Source of the DNA: Squalus acanthias
Taxonomy: Eukaryota
Direction: 5' to 3'
Length of the DNA: 64,000 nucleotides
NCBI GenBank assembly: GCA_030390025.1
Contig: CM059438.1
Span: forward strand, 64,234,001-64,298,000
The position numbers and the translations under genes were made by a program. The notes beneath the pieces are model-generated. The model saw only the letters and a list, made by a program, of their open reading frames with translations, searched no databases and had not been told where the DNA came from. Position 1 is the first letter of the stretch. Each line of letters starts with the position of its first letter. Positions 11,602 through 22,467 of the stretch are shown here, in pieces.

Positions 11602-14212
11602 AAAGTTGTTGATGTTGAAATACCAGTTTCAATATGAGCCTTAGAGATGTTCTCTTACTTATCAATTGAACTGAAGCTGGTTAGATCTAGCCTGTAGCAG
11701 GGAATCAGTTTGCAAGATGGACTTTGTAAGCTGGCAGCAAGCTGCTGAATGTTCCTGTATGTGAATTTGTTTAAAACCCAAATGAAATAAATTATTCTTC
11801 CTTTACGATTCAATGATAGATTACTAGGAACCTGAACGACTTAAGAACAAGAACATAAAAACAACATGGAGAAGAATATTACGGGGAAGGGCGGGGGGTG
11901 AAAGGCAGATGATGGCAGACACTTCAGATGGTCACACAAAATGTAAGGATAAATTTAATGAGCCCACACTCCAGGTGCGGAACTATGCGGAAGCAGCAGC
12001 GGCTGGAGAATTGCGGCCGAAGTGTTGGAGTCCGACCCACAACCCCTTAGAGCAGGGCGTCTCACCGGACATGCGAGATCGGTGAATTTACCCAGTTATA
12101 CTTTACTGCTGGGAATTGTCGTGAAGAAAATTGAAACTAAATTTTGTGTGGAGTATGTTTGGCAATAGAATAAAACCATATTTAAATCATGGAGCCTGCG
12201 ACTGGCAAATTTATGGTCTGACAGTATTAATTAATGACAGTTCAGAAATTGAACGAGTGTCTATTTCGCACTTTAATCCCCCCAAAAAATTATCGCTCTC
12301 AGTTTAGAAAAATAATGTCATTTTATTGAATAATATTTCTGATCTTATTTAATAAAAACCTGTTGACACTTCACTTTCATAATGAGTCCCGATTGCTCAT
12401 TATTCTACAGTATCATTATTCCTACTGGACCATGAGAAGCAAACACACCGACCATGTATTATTAAAACAGACCCATGTTGTTGAATGTAAGATACTTGTC
12501 AACCAGCAGACGTCCTGCGTGGTCTAGCAACTCATTTCAGGAGCGTGCGACAGTCATGGCTCTCCATTGTCTGGTTATGCAGTGGGCATTTTTACCCCAG
12601 GAGATCCAATAACTTTGCAATGGAGCAGGGCCAATGATTTTGAGCAGGAAGGTCAATGTCGGAGATCTTTGTGAAAGCCCACATGAACAGAGCCAAGCTG
12701 CAGAAGGTACATGAGGGAAATGTTAAAAATAAATGAAGGCAAGTCGAATTTAGAGGACTTCCATTTCATGCTGTCCCTAGAGGCAAATCCATGCCTGGCG
12801 AAACCTCAGGGCAAATTGGGAATTTCTCACTTGACACTGAGCCTTTTCAACAAAAAAAAAATTCTGCACTCCATAGCTACATTAATGATTATGATGACAC
12901 CTACCCTCAGAATAACTGGTTTAATTAATTCTCTTGCACTTGTGTAGTGCCTTTTCACATCTTCCAAAAACATCTGCAAGAGCTTTGTATACCAATATGT
13001 GCAATACTTTTGCAACAAGAGGAGGCAGGATGCAATCGTAGCAATGGAATGGCTCTTCAAAGTTCTGTAGCAGTACAATCAACTCCTCAACCAAAATTAA
13101 AATAGCAGTGATTGCCTAAAAGCCACATCTGAATCTGGCCTGAAAAATCAGATGACACCACACAAAAAGGTGACCTTGTGATACGCATGAAATTGTAGGG
13201 GACAGAGTGCAAAGTTACATAACAGGGATGTTGTGTAAATATGTCAGGACCTCATTGTTTATTTGGGTCTGACTGCAACCCTCAATTGTCTCTGTAGCTG
13301 TTTCAGCAGTGCCTGTTAAGGCCATGAGACATAGGATTAGTCAACTGAGGTTGGCAGTGGCACGTGAAAGTGGCTTTCTGATAACAAGATCGGCGATCAT
13401 TATGCAGGTAAGGTCTCTGCCTTCTGAAAAGCTTGTTGGAGAGCAGGGAATATATAAGTGTAGTACTTGATTAACCTTCTAACTTTGTCCATAAGTACCA
13501 CAGTACCAAGTGAATATTGCGAACCTAAGCCTCATGCTCTGCACTTTCTATGTAACAAAGACCACTAATGAATGTCTGTATTGGCAACCTATCAAACCAT
13601 GTCTGGTACTGTATAAAGAGTGAATTACCTGCTTGGCTCTGTGCTTATAACTTGATAATCTCTTTCTTGTGAGGCTATAGCTTGCACTTAAAATCAAAAT
13701 TGGGAAACAAAATTATGAGGAATGCAAAGATTAAATGCGTAATGTCCCGCTGAGACTCCAGTTACAACCTGACATCAGTCAGCATGAAGGAGAACAAAAA
13801 AAATTCCATTTGGACTTGAAGCTAGGATGAATGCGAGAGCGTAGGGCAGACTGTGGTAAATGAATGAAGGTGAAGTGTAGAGACCGACACAAGCAGAAAC
13901 AACAGCTAGAACTAACTGGAGACAGAAAGTAAATCAGGATGGCCATGATCTTAACCAGAAGTATTGCTGCAGATTTTCTGCAGATAGACTGCTGAAAATA
14001 GCTCAATTGAAAATAGATTTTCTTCAGAAGACCCTTTATAAACTAGAATTGTGGCAGGTAACACTGACATGGTCTTCTAGGAGGCTTGGAGTATTGACCT
14101 TAGTTTGGGTTCTACCCCATTTTGTTGGAGGTATATATGCACATTACGTTGAAATTACCCAGGTGTTGTTTGGTTCTGTTGATGGCCATATCGTTGCAAA
14201 TCATAGAGTCAT

Positions 14213-14850
14213 GGGGGTAGATTTTGACTTTTGAGTGGCCGACTGGTGGAGCGCACTAGTCGGATGCCCAATCCAGTGACAGAGTACTTTAAAAGGAAAT
14301 CAGCCATTTTGAGGCTTTGGTCTCATTTGAATGCGATAGGTGAGCTCCAGGGCGCCAAACAGGTGTCTTGACGCAGCGCACCAGATTGAACACTGGAAAG
14401 CAGGCCGCAACAACTGCCAGCAAGGCAAGTTACGGTTGGGGTCAGGGTCGCAATCGCAGAGGGCGGGGGTCTCGGGGCAGCAGCGGCCCAGATTATTTTT
14501 GTGGGCCGCAAGCAGACACTCCTGCTCCTTACCTTTAGAGGGCCTCTTCTCTTCCATTGCCCATGGAACTGATCGGGGTCTGCACTGCCAGTCCCATTTA
14601 CGTCAAAGGACCCCGATTTCCATATTAAAAGGGGCCTATCGCCCGAAACAGGCAGGCGCTTTAGACACCCGGAGGTAGGTCCCTTTTAAAATGGAGCCTG
14701 CCACATCGCCGGTGCTAACGGTAAGCATTATCGCCCTGTTAATGCCAGGTGAGGGCCCCATACAACCTTTCAACAGAGGAGGAGGCCTTTTGGCCCATCA
14801 CGCTGCTGCCTGCTCTCTGAAGGAGCTATCGACTTTGTCCCCTTCCCCTG
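14213..14850. mobile_element. CpG-rich DNA transposon remnant (Harbinger-like)
   Basis: Starts gggggtagatttt, the same terminus as the MITE at 62504; right end not resolved. Confidence 0.45.
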
Positions 14851-15709
14851 CCCTTTTAAATGTTATGAGGTGAGATATCTGTAAACCTACCAACCTTTCT
14901 TGGTCCTCCTTCTAGATTATGTTGCAGTGCAGGTGATGAGGCAGCTTGTAAGAGGCATTTTATGACAAATTTCCCTTTGTGTGACAATGCAGCATTCTGC
15001 TGCAGTGAAATCACAGTTATGAAGTGCTGCAGAGTACAGACCGTCCCCATCTGCAGTGTCATTAGATTAGAGGTTCATGATTATATGAACTGCTTTATAA
15101 ATCTGCATTTTGAACTGCCTTTAACCAGCATAAAACAAAGTAATGAGGGAAGACTGGAACACACTAGTAAATACATGGATATATATCTCATTTAATAACA
15201 TTTACTTTTATTGGGCAATTCAATAGATGAAGCTTAACGTTCAATGACACATACCAGTTATATGTCAGTAAGCGTTACCTGGTTAGTACTTCACAAATAG
15301 CAGAAACAGCTAAAATAAATCATACATTTTATTCACTCTAATGCTTGTTGACAAAGGCAAGATACTAGGTAGCAAAATGTGATAGCAACTCGGGCATCAT
15401 TGTTCAAATTGGTAAATTAACTGAAAGAAAATAGTATTGAATCCATTTATTTCACTTATTCCTAAATGACAATGTCAACAGTTCCATTATCCGTCACTGG
15501 GGAGACCTGGTGCTCCTTCATTTGGCAGTTGAGGGTTGGGAAATTTGGCAAATTTCCTGACAGGATTATGAACGATCCTATTGATAGCAGCTTTGTTAAT
15601 GTCAGCAGAAATGGATTTGTGCTTCTAATCTTCTGTACGGAATCAAGCGATGTGTGAGAACTAGCAAACTGACCCCGGCATTCTGAATTGCTCAACTTAT
15701 CCTGATGTT

Positions 15710-16217
15710 GGCCATGGCTCAGTTGGCAGCACTCGCACCCCTGAGTCAGAGGCCGTGGGTTCCAATGACTTGCTGGATGCAATCTAGGCTGACGTTAGCA
15801 GTGCAGCTACTGAGGGAGTGCTGCACTGTCGGAGGTGCAGTCCTTTGAATGAGTTGTTAAACCCAGGACCCGTCTGCCCTTGCAGGTGGATGTAAAAGAT
15901 CCCATGTCACTATTCGAAGAAGAGCAGGGCGGTTCTCCCTGGTGTCCTGGCCAATATTTATCCCTCAGCCAACATTACTAAACCAGATTATCTGGTCATG
16001 TTTGGGCTTAGCTTTTTTTTAAAAAAAAAGCAATCTAGGGATTAAGTGAATGTCTGGTGGTGACATTGCTGTTTGTGGGAGCTTGCTGTGAGTAAATTAG
16101 CTGCCGCGTTTCCTACAGTACAACGGTGACCACACGTCAAAAAGTACTTCATTGGCTGTAACGCGCTTTGGGATATCCTGAGGTCGTGAAAGGCTCTATA
16201 TAAATGCAAGTCTTTTT
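15710..16217 (+). mobile_element. SacSINE1-type SINE carrying an internal ~65-bp insertion
   Basis: Colinear with 1338-1800 except for extra sequence at ~16000-16064. Confidence 0.85.
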
Positions 16218-16504
16218 ATGGTCAAATACTGCTTCTAGTGCTTTGTGAAGGGTTGAAGGGCCTGTTAAGAAAAGTTCATGGAGTGAAAGGCAGTGCTTCA
16301 GAGATATCCACTTTGTTCTAAATGACAGTTAAGGTCGCAGTGAAATTGCATCTGCTGCACTTTTCATTCCTTGATGTCTATTTGCCATGTTCTGAGTTTG
16401 TAAGAATTTTTCTTGAGCTGATATGATGAAAAGAAAGCAAAACATAGTCAGTGTTGCAGATTTCAATTCCTCACCACCCACCATTATGAACAGTTTTTTA
16501 TTTT

Positions 16505-16600
16505 TAACAACAGAAAACGCTGGAAACACTCAGCAGGCCAGGCAGCATCCGTGGAGAGAGAAACAGAGTTAACGTTTCAGGTCTGGGACTCTTCATCAAT
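16505..16600 (-). mobile_element. Penelope-like terminal fragment with degenerate hammerhead motif
   Basis: Reverse complement ttgatgaagagtcccagacctgaaacgttaactctg...ggatgctgcctggcctgctgag matches 23389-23480. Confidence 0.7.
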
Positions 16601-16675
16601 AAAAGTTTTTTTATTGTGTTTGCTTTTCCCGTAGACTATATAAGGTTGAACTAGCCAGGTCAATTAAAATATTCC

Positions 16676-16830
16676 TGGCTCCCGTGAAGGCCGAATTGGT
16701 AGTTGCACTGCCCAGTGTGAAATTGAACCATGCACAGCTAGAAGGTCCCAGGTTCAACCTTGGATCTGCGTTGAGTTGGCTGATCTGGGTCAGAGTGGCA
16801 GGTGGGGGCAGTTGGCTTTGGGTCATATCT
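16676..16830 (+). mobile_element. AmnSINE2-like SINE 5' part
   Basis: ggtcccaggttcaac...ctgcgttgagttggctgatct; homologous to the copies at 29440, 23990 and 59270. Confidence 0.6.
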
Positions 16831-16839
16831 GAGGCACAT

Positions 16840-17597
16840 GATAGCACGTTTAGTGAGTTGGTCACACCGCAGGTGAAGGGTGTACAGGCAGGAAGGGAAT
16901 GGGTGACCACCAGGCAGAGTAGGAGGTGCAGGCAGGTAGTGCAGGGGTCCCCTGTGGCCATCCCCCTCTCAAACAGATATACCGCTTTGGATACTGTTGG
17001 GGGGGATGACTTAGGGGAAGGCAGCAGCAGCCAAATTCCTGGCACCATGGGCGGCTCTGCTGCACAGGCTGGGAGGAAAAAGAGTGGAAGAGCTACAGTG
17101 ATAGGGGACTCAATTGTAAGGGAATAGATAGGCGTTTCTGCGGCCGCAACCGAGACTCCAGGATGGTGTGTTGCCTCCCTGGTGCAAGGGTCAAGGACGT
17201 CTCGGAGCGGCTACAGAACATTTTGGAGGGGGAGGGCGAACAGCCAGCTGTCGTGGTGCACATAGGCACCAACGATATAGGTAAAAAAGGGGATGAGGTC
17301 CTAAAAGCAGAATAAAGGGAGTTAGGAGTTAAATTAAAAAATAGGACCTCAAAGGTAGTAATCTCAGGATTGCTACCAGTGCCACGTGCTGGTCAGAGTA
17401 GAAATAGGAGGATACTTCAAATGAATACGTGGCTAGAGGAATGGTGCAAGGGGGAGGGATTCAAATTCCTGGGACATTGGAACCGGTTCTGGGGGAGGTG
17501 GGACCAGTACAAACCGGACGGTCTGCACCTGTGCAGGGCCGGGACCGCTGTCCTAGGGGGAGTGTTTGCTAGTGCTGTTGGGGAGGATTTAAACTAA
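16840..17597 (+). pseudogene. CR1 ORF1 (SGNH/GDSL esterase-like), disrupted
   Basis: GDS, GTND and DGLH blocks present; frameshift near 17122 and in-frame TAA near 17313. Confidence 0.85.
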
Positions 17598-17807
17598 TGT
17601 GGCAGGGGGTTGGGAACCTGAGCAGGGAGACAGAGGAAAGCATGTCAGGAAGGGACAGAAGGTATGGAGTAAAAGGTAAAGTGTTAAATAAGGAAAAAGC
17701 AGGAAGTAAGTGTCGCAAAACACATTTGAAAGTTCTTTATCTGAATGCACGTAGCATTCGTAACAAAATTGACGAGTTAACGGCACAAATAACTATGTAT
17801 GGGTATG

Positions 17808-17976
17808 GGGATAGGGTGGGATAGGTGCAGGCTCGATGTGGGGATTCGGTGTGAGAAAGCAGGGACAGGGTACTGGATTTGGATGATCAGCCATGATCGT
17901 ATTGAATGGTGGAGCAGGCTCGACGGGCCGAATGGCCTACTCCTGCTCCTAGTTTCTATGTTTCTATGTTTCTATG
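17808..17976 (+). mobile_element. Short CR1 3'-end insertion inside ORF2 of the host CR1
   Basis: Splits ITMYG/YDLVAITETWL; carries gatcagccatgat...ggcctactcctgctcc(tttctatg)n; tatg at both junctions. Confidence 0.85.
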
Positions 17977-18097
17977 ATCTTGTGGCCATTACAGAAACAT
18001 GGCTGCAGGGTGAAAACGTCTGGGAATTAAATATGCCAGGGTATTTAACAATCAGGAAGGACAGGCAGGAAGGAAGGGGAGGGGGGGGGGGGGGGGG

Positions 18098-20710
18098 GTG
18101 GCTATGTTAATAAAGGAAGGAATCACTGTAATACAGATAAATGATATTGGGTCAAAAGATCAGGATAATGAAACAGTTTGGGTAGAGATTAGGAATAATA
18201 AGGGGAAAAAAACACTGGTGGGCGTAGTATATAGGCCTCCTAATAGTTGCAACTCTGTTGGAAGAAGTATTAATCAGGAAATAGTTGGGGCATGTAATAA
18301 GGGAACAGCTATAATTATGGGGGATTTTAACTATCATATTAACTGGACAAATGAAATTGGGCAGGGCAGCCTTGAGGAAGAGTTTATTGAGTGTCTTAGG
18401 GATGGATTTCTTGAGCAGTATGTAACTGATCCTACAAGGGGGCAAGCAACCTTGGACCTGGTACTGTGTAATGAGTCTGGATTAATTAATAATGTCCTAG
18501 TTAAGGATCCCTTTGGAATGAGTGACCATAACATGGTTGAATTCCATATCCAATTAGAGGGTGAGAAGGTTGGTTCTCAAACAAGCATACTGAGCTTAAA
18601 TAAAGGAGACTATGATGGCATGAGAGCAGAATTGATTAAAGTGGACTGGGAAAATAGATTAAAGGGTAAGACGGTACATGAGCAGTGGTGTTCATTCAAG
18701 GAGTTATTTTACAACTTTCAAAATAAATATATTCCACTGAGGAAAAAAGGGTGTAAAAGAAATGACAGCCATCCATGGCTAAGTAAAGAAATTAAAGAAA
18801 GTATCCAACTAAAAACAAGGACATATAAGGTAGCCAAAGTTAGTGGGAGGATAGAAGATTGGGAAGTCTTCAAAAGACAACAAAAAGTAACTAAAGGATT
18901 GATTAAGAAAGGGAAAATAGACTATGAAAATAAATTAGCAAAAAATATAAAAACAGATAGCAAGAGTTTCTATAGTTATATAAAAAGAAAAAGGGTGGTT
19001 AAGGCAAATGTAGGTCCCTTAGAGGATGAGAGCGGGAAATTAATGGTGGGAAACATGGAGATGGCAAAAATGCTGAACAAATATTTTGTTTCAGTCTTTA
19101 CGGTAGAGGACACTAAGAATATCCCAACACTGGACAAACAGGGGGCTCTAGTGGGGGAGGAGCTAAATACGATTAAAATTACTAAGGAATTGGTACTCAG
19201 TAAAATAATGGGACTCAAGGCGGATAAATCCCCTGGACCTGATGGCTTACATCCTAGGGTCTTGAGGGAAGTGGCAGTAGGAATTGTGGATGCTTTGGTA
19301 ATAATTTTCCAAAACTCCCTGAACTCAGCAAAGGTCCCGGCAGATTGGAAAACTGCTAATGTAACACCCTTATTTAAAAAGGGTTGTAGGCAGAAGGCTG
19401 GGAATTATAGACCAGTTAGCATAACATCTGTGGTGGGTAAAATTTTGGAGTCTATTATTAAGGAGACAGTAACGGAACATTTAGATAAACATAATTTAAT
19501 AGGACAAAGTCAGCATGGCTTTATGAAGGGGAAGTCATGTCTGACAAATTTGCTCGAGTTCTTTGAGGACATAACGTACAGGGTGGATAAAGGGGAACCA
19601 GTGGATGTAGTGTATTTAGACTTCCAGAAGGCATTCGACAAGGTGCCACATAAAAGATTATTACTTAAGATAAAAAATCACTGGATTGGGGGTAATATTC
19701 TGGCATGGGTGGAGGATTGGTTATCTAACAGGAAGCAGAGAGTTGGGATAAATGGTTCATTCTCGGACTGGCAACCAGTAGCCAGTGGTGTTCCGCAGGG
19801 GTCGGTGCTGGGTCCCCAACTCTTTACAATCTATATTAACGATTTGGAGGAGGGGACCGAGTGTAACATATCAAAGTTTGCAGATGATACAAAGATGGGA
19901 GGGAAAGTAGAGAGTGAGGAGGACATAAAAAACCTACAAGGGGATATAGACAGGCTGGATGAGTGGGCAGAGATTTGGCAGATGCAATACAATATTGGAA
20001 AATGTGAGGTTATGCACTTTGGCAGGAAAAATCAGAGAGCAAGTTATTATCTTAATGGCGAGAAACTGGAAAGTACTGCAGTACAAAGGGATCTGGGGGT
20101 CTTGGTGCAAGAAAATCAAAAAGTTAGTATGCAGGTGCAGCAGGTGATCAAGAAAGCCAATGGAATGTTGGCTTTTATTGCTAGGGGGATAGAATATAAA
20201 AACAGGGAGGTATTGCTGCAGTTGTATAGGGTATTGGTGAGACCGCACCTGGAGTACTGCATACAGTTTTGGTGTCCATACTTAAGAAAAGACATACTTG
20301 CTCTCGAGGCAGTACAAAGAAGGTTCACTCGGTTAATTCCGGGGATGAGGGAGTGGACATACGAGGAGAGATTGAGTAGATTGGGACTCTACTCATTGGA
20401 GTTCAGAAGAATGAGAGGTGATCTTATTGAAACATATAAGATTGTGAAGGGGCTTGATCGGGTGGACGCGGTGAGGATGTTCCCAATGATGGGTGAAACT
20501 AGAACTAGGGGACATAATCTTAGAATAAGGGGCTCCTCTTTCAAAACTGAGATGAGGAGAAACTTTTTCACTCAGAGGGTAGTGGGTCTGTGGAATTTGC
20601 TATCCCAGGAAGCTGTGGAAGCTACTTCATTAAATAAATTTAAAACAGAAATAGACCGTTTCCTAGAAGTAAAGGGAATCAGGGGTTACGGGGAGCGGGC
20701 TGGAAATTAG
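18098..20710 (+). CDS. CR1 ORF2, open 870-codon portion (APE C-terminal half + reverse transcriptase); true N-terminus near 17597 is disrupted
   Basis: ORF track; complete RT motifs with no internal stops. Confidence 0.85.
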   Translation: MAMLIKEGITVIQINDIGSKDQDNETVWVEIRNNKGKKTLVGVVYRPPNSCNSVGRSINQEIVGACNKGTAIIMGDFNYHINWTNEIGQGSLEEEFIECLRDGFLEQYVTDPTRGQATLDLVLCNESGLINNVLVKDPFGMSDHNMVEFHIQLEGEKVGSQTSILSLNKGDYDGMRAELIKVDWENRLKGKTVHEQWCSFKELFYNFQNKYIPLRKKGCKRNDSHPWLSKEIKESIQLKTRTYKVAKVSGRIEDWEVFKRQQKVTKGLIKKGKIDYENKLAKNIKTDSKSFYSYIKRKRVVKANVGPLEDESGKLMVGNMEMAKMLNKYFVSVFTVEDTKNIPTLDKQGALVGEELNTIKITKELVLSKIMGLKADKSPGPDGLHPRVLREVAVGIVDALVIIFQNSLNSAKVPADWKTANVTPLFKKGCRQKAGNYRPVSITSVVGKILESIIKETVTEHLDKHNLIGQSQHGFMKGKSCLTNLLEFFEDITYRVDKGEPVDVVYLDFQKAFDKVPHKRLLLKIKNHWIGGNILAWVEDWLSNRKQRVGINGSFSDWQPVASGVPQGSVLGPQLFTIYINDLEEGTECNISKFADDTKMGGKVESEEDIKNLQGDIDRLDEWAEIWQMQYNIGKCEVMHFGRKNQRASYYLNGEKLESTAVQRDLGVLVQENQKVSMQVQQVIKKANGMLAFIARGIEYKNREVLLQLYRVLVRPHLEYCIQFWCPYLRKDILALEAVQRRFTRLIPGMREWTYEERLSRLGLYSLEFRRMRGDLIETYKIVKGLDRVDAVRMFPMMGETRTRGHNLRIRGSSFKTEMRRNFFTQRVVGLWNLLSQEAVEATSLNKFKTEIDRFLEVKGIRGYGERAGN

Positions 20711-20974
20711 ACATGAGTTTGAGTTCGGATCGGTCAAGGCCCTGTGGGTGGCGGAGCGGGCCCAGGGACCGAGTGGCCTGGTCCTTCTCCTGCTTCTTGT
20801 GTTCTTTAGAGTTGAGGTTGGATCAGATCAGCCATGATCTCATTGAATGGCGGAGCAGGCTCGAGGGGCCGATTGGTCTACTCCTGCTCCTATTTCTTAT
20901 GGTCTTAAGGCGCAATATAATAAGCCCTGCAGTGCATTGACACAGTTACTACAGTGATAGTCCCCTGGTATCTA

Positions 20975-21163
20975 CCTCTCTCTCTCTCTCTCTCCTCCTT
21001 TTAAGACGCTCCTTCAAACCTACCTCATTGACCAAGCTGTCAGTCACATGTCCTAATATCTCCTTATGTGGCTCGGTGTCACATTTTGTCTGGTAACACT
21101 CCCGTGAAGCGCCTTGGGACATTTTACTACATTAAAGGCACGAAAAAATGCAAGTTGTTGCTG
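20975..21163 (+). mobile_element. L2 3' tail
   Basis: tttaagacgctcc...ctccttatgtggctcggtgtca...gcaagttgttg. Confidence 0.85.
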
Positions 21164-21490
21164 TGTTTGGAGACCGAGGCCATCAATCAAAGGCTGACTC
21201 GGGTCGCACAATAAAAGCAAGATCGCGACTGTTGCTCTGTATGTAATCTCCAGCTATTTTAATTATCCCAGCATCATAGTGGCAGGTAAGTGGCTAAAAC
21301 TGTAACAATAAGCGCAGGTTCTTCAATTTTACTTTTAATTAGATAAAAAACAATCTAGGGATTAAGTGAATGTCTGGTGGTGACCCCATAAAAGTGGTGG
21401 CTGTGAACTGTGTAAAGTCGTCATTACAATTAACTCTGCCTTTTTTGAGCACCCGCCCCCCCCCCCCCCGCCTTTGCTTCTTTTCTTGAG

Positions 21491-22467
21491 TGTAAGATTC
21501 TCAAAATTCACAGATCCCCCAAAACTCGAAGACAAACCCTAAGGAAAAAGACTTTGGACTCTTTTCTAACTATTACAGGGTGGTGAAGTGCATTTGGGCC
21601 TAACCTAAGGAAGTTAAGACCAAAAACCAAGTTTTGGCATTTTAAAAACATGTCTGGGCCTGTAAAGGGACAAGGAGGTGGGTTCGACCTCTGTAAAAGC
21701 AGTTTTGGATATTGGAGTTAGGGAACTGGGATGACCTCACTCAAGCCCCAGCAGACATTAACATTTTAACAATAAACCCAGGGAAAGAGCAGTCCCACCC
21801 AAAATTACAGGCCCCATCAAAACCATCACAGGACCCAACAAAAACATGCATAAAACAAATCACTTCGGCTTACCCTATAGAAATTATAGGCCCCACCAAG
21901 AAACTCAAAACATAAGAACAATCAAACTCCGATTAAGTGGCAAATCAACAGGATGGAGCCATCCCGAAAACCACTTCACACATTTACAAACCAGTTGCTG
22001 TTGACGAGCCCTCCAAAATCTTACAATGCAAGAAGAAACTTTTCACTTAAAAGACTCTAAACCCTACCTCTAACCAAGGAAAAGTGGGTACTCACCCGAT
22101 CCAATCCAGCGAACCCCGAAACCGCGAACTAGCTCAACTGTCAAGAATTCATTTGGTGAGCATTATCCCTGGTTCTCTAGGGTCCAACCTAGCTAGTGAA
22201 GTGGGATTGGGAGGGGTGAAGTATTCTTCTAATGTTATTTCCCTCGCTTGTACCGAAGTGTTCCCCACTTTTAGAGTGTTAAGAGTGTTTGTGTTGTGTT
22301 TTACTTTCCTGAATAAAGATCAAAGTTCTGGCATCAAAACCAGTTGTCTGCTGCATTTTGTATCACAACCCCCAAATAAGTCCAAGGTCTAGAACCAAGG
22401 GAGTGGGAGCGATTCGAACCGCTCAGAAGTCAGAGGTGAAGCTGACACAAAAATACCACCCCTTACA
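21491..22467 (+). mobile_element. Solo LTR (977 bp), ERV or Gypsy class
   Basis: TGTAAG...CTTACA inverted termini; 4-bp TSD tgag at 21487-21490 and 22468-22471; AATAAA at 22312. Confidence 0.85.

Larger units (their letters stand above)
16831..20906 (+). mobile_element. Near full-length CR1 LINE (ORF1 esterase + ORF2 APE-RT)
   Basis: ORF1 motifs VIGDSIVR, VVHIGTND, PDGLHL; ORF2 motifs YLNARSI, AITETWL, YRPP, GDFN, SDH, QHGF, GVPQGSVLGP, FADDTK; CR1 3' tail. Confidence 0.95.

Noticed and set aside
16329..16440. Possible minus-strand last exon AQEKFLQTQNMANRHQGMKSAADAISLRP*
   Set aside because: Acceptor is plausible, but the peptide is unrecognised and no linked exons were found
18076..18098. 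Long G/C homopolymers here and at ~1082, 5914, 10070, 21456, 40393 as G4 or frameshift signals
   Set aside because: Homopolymer lengths are unreliable in assemblies and prone to slippage; nothing indicates programmed function
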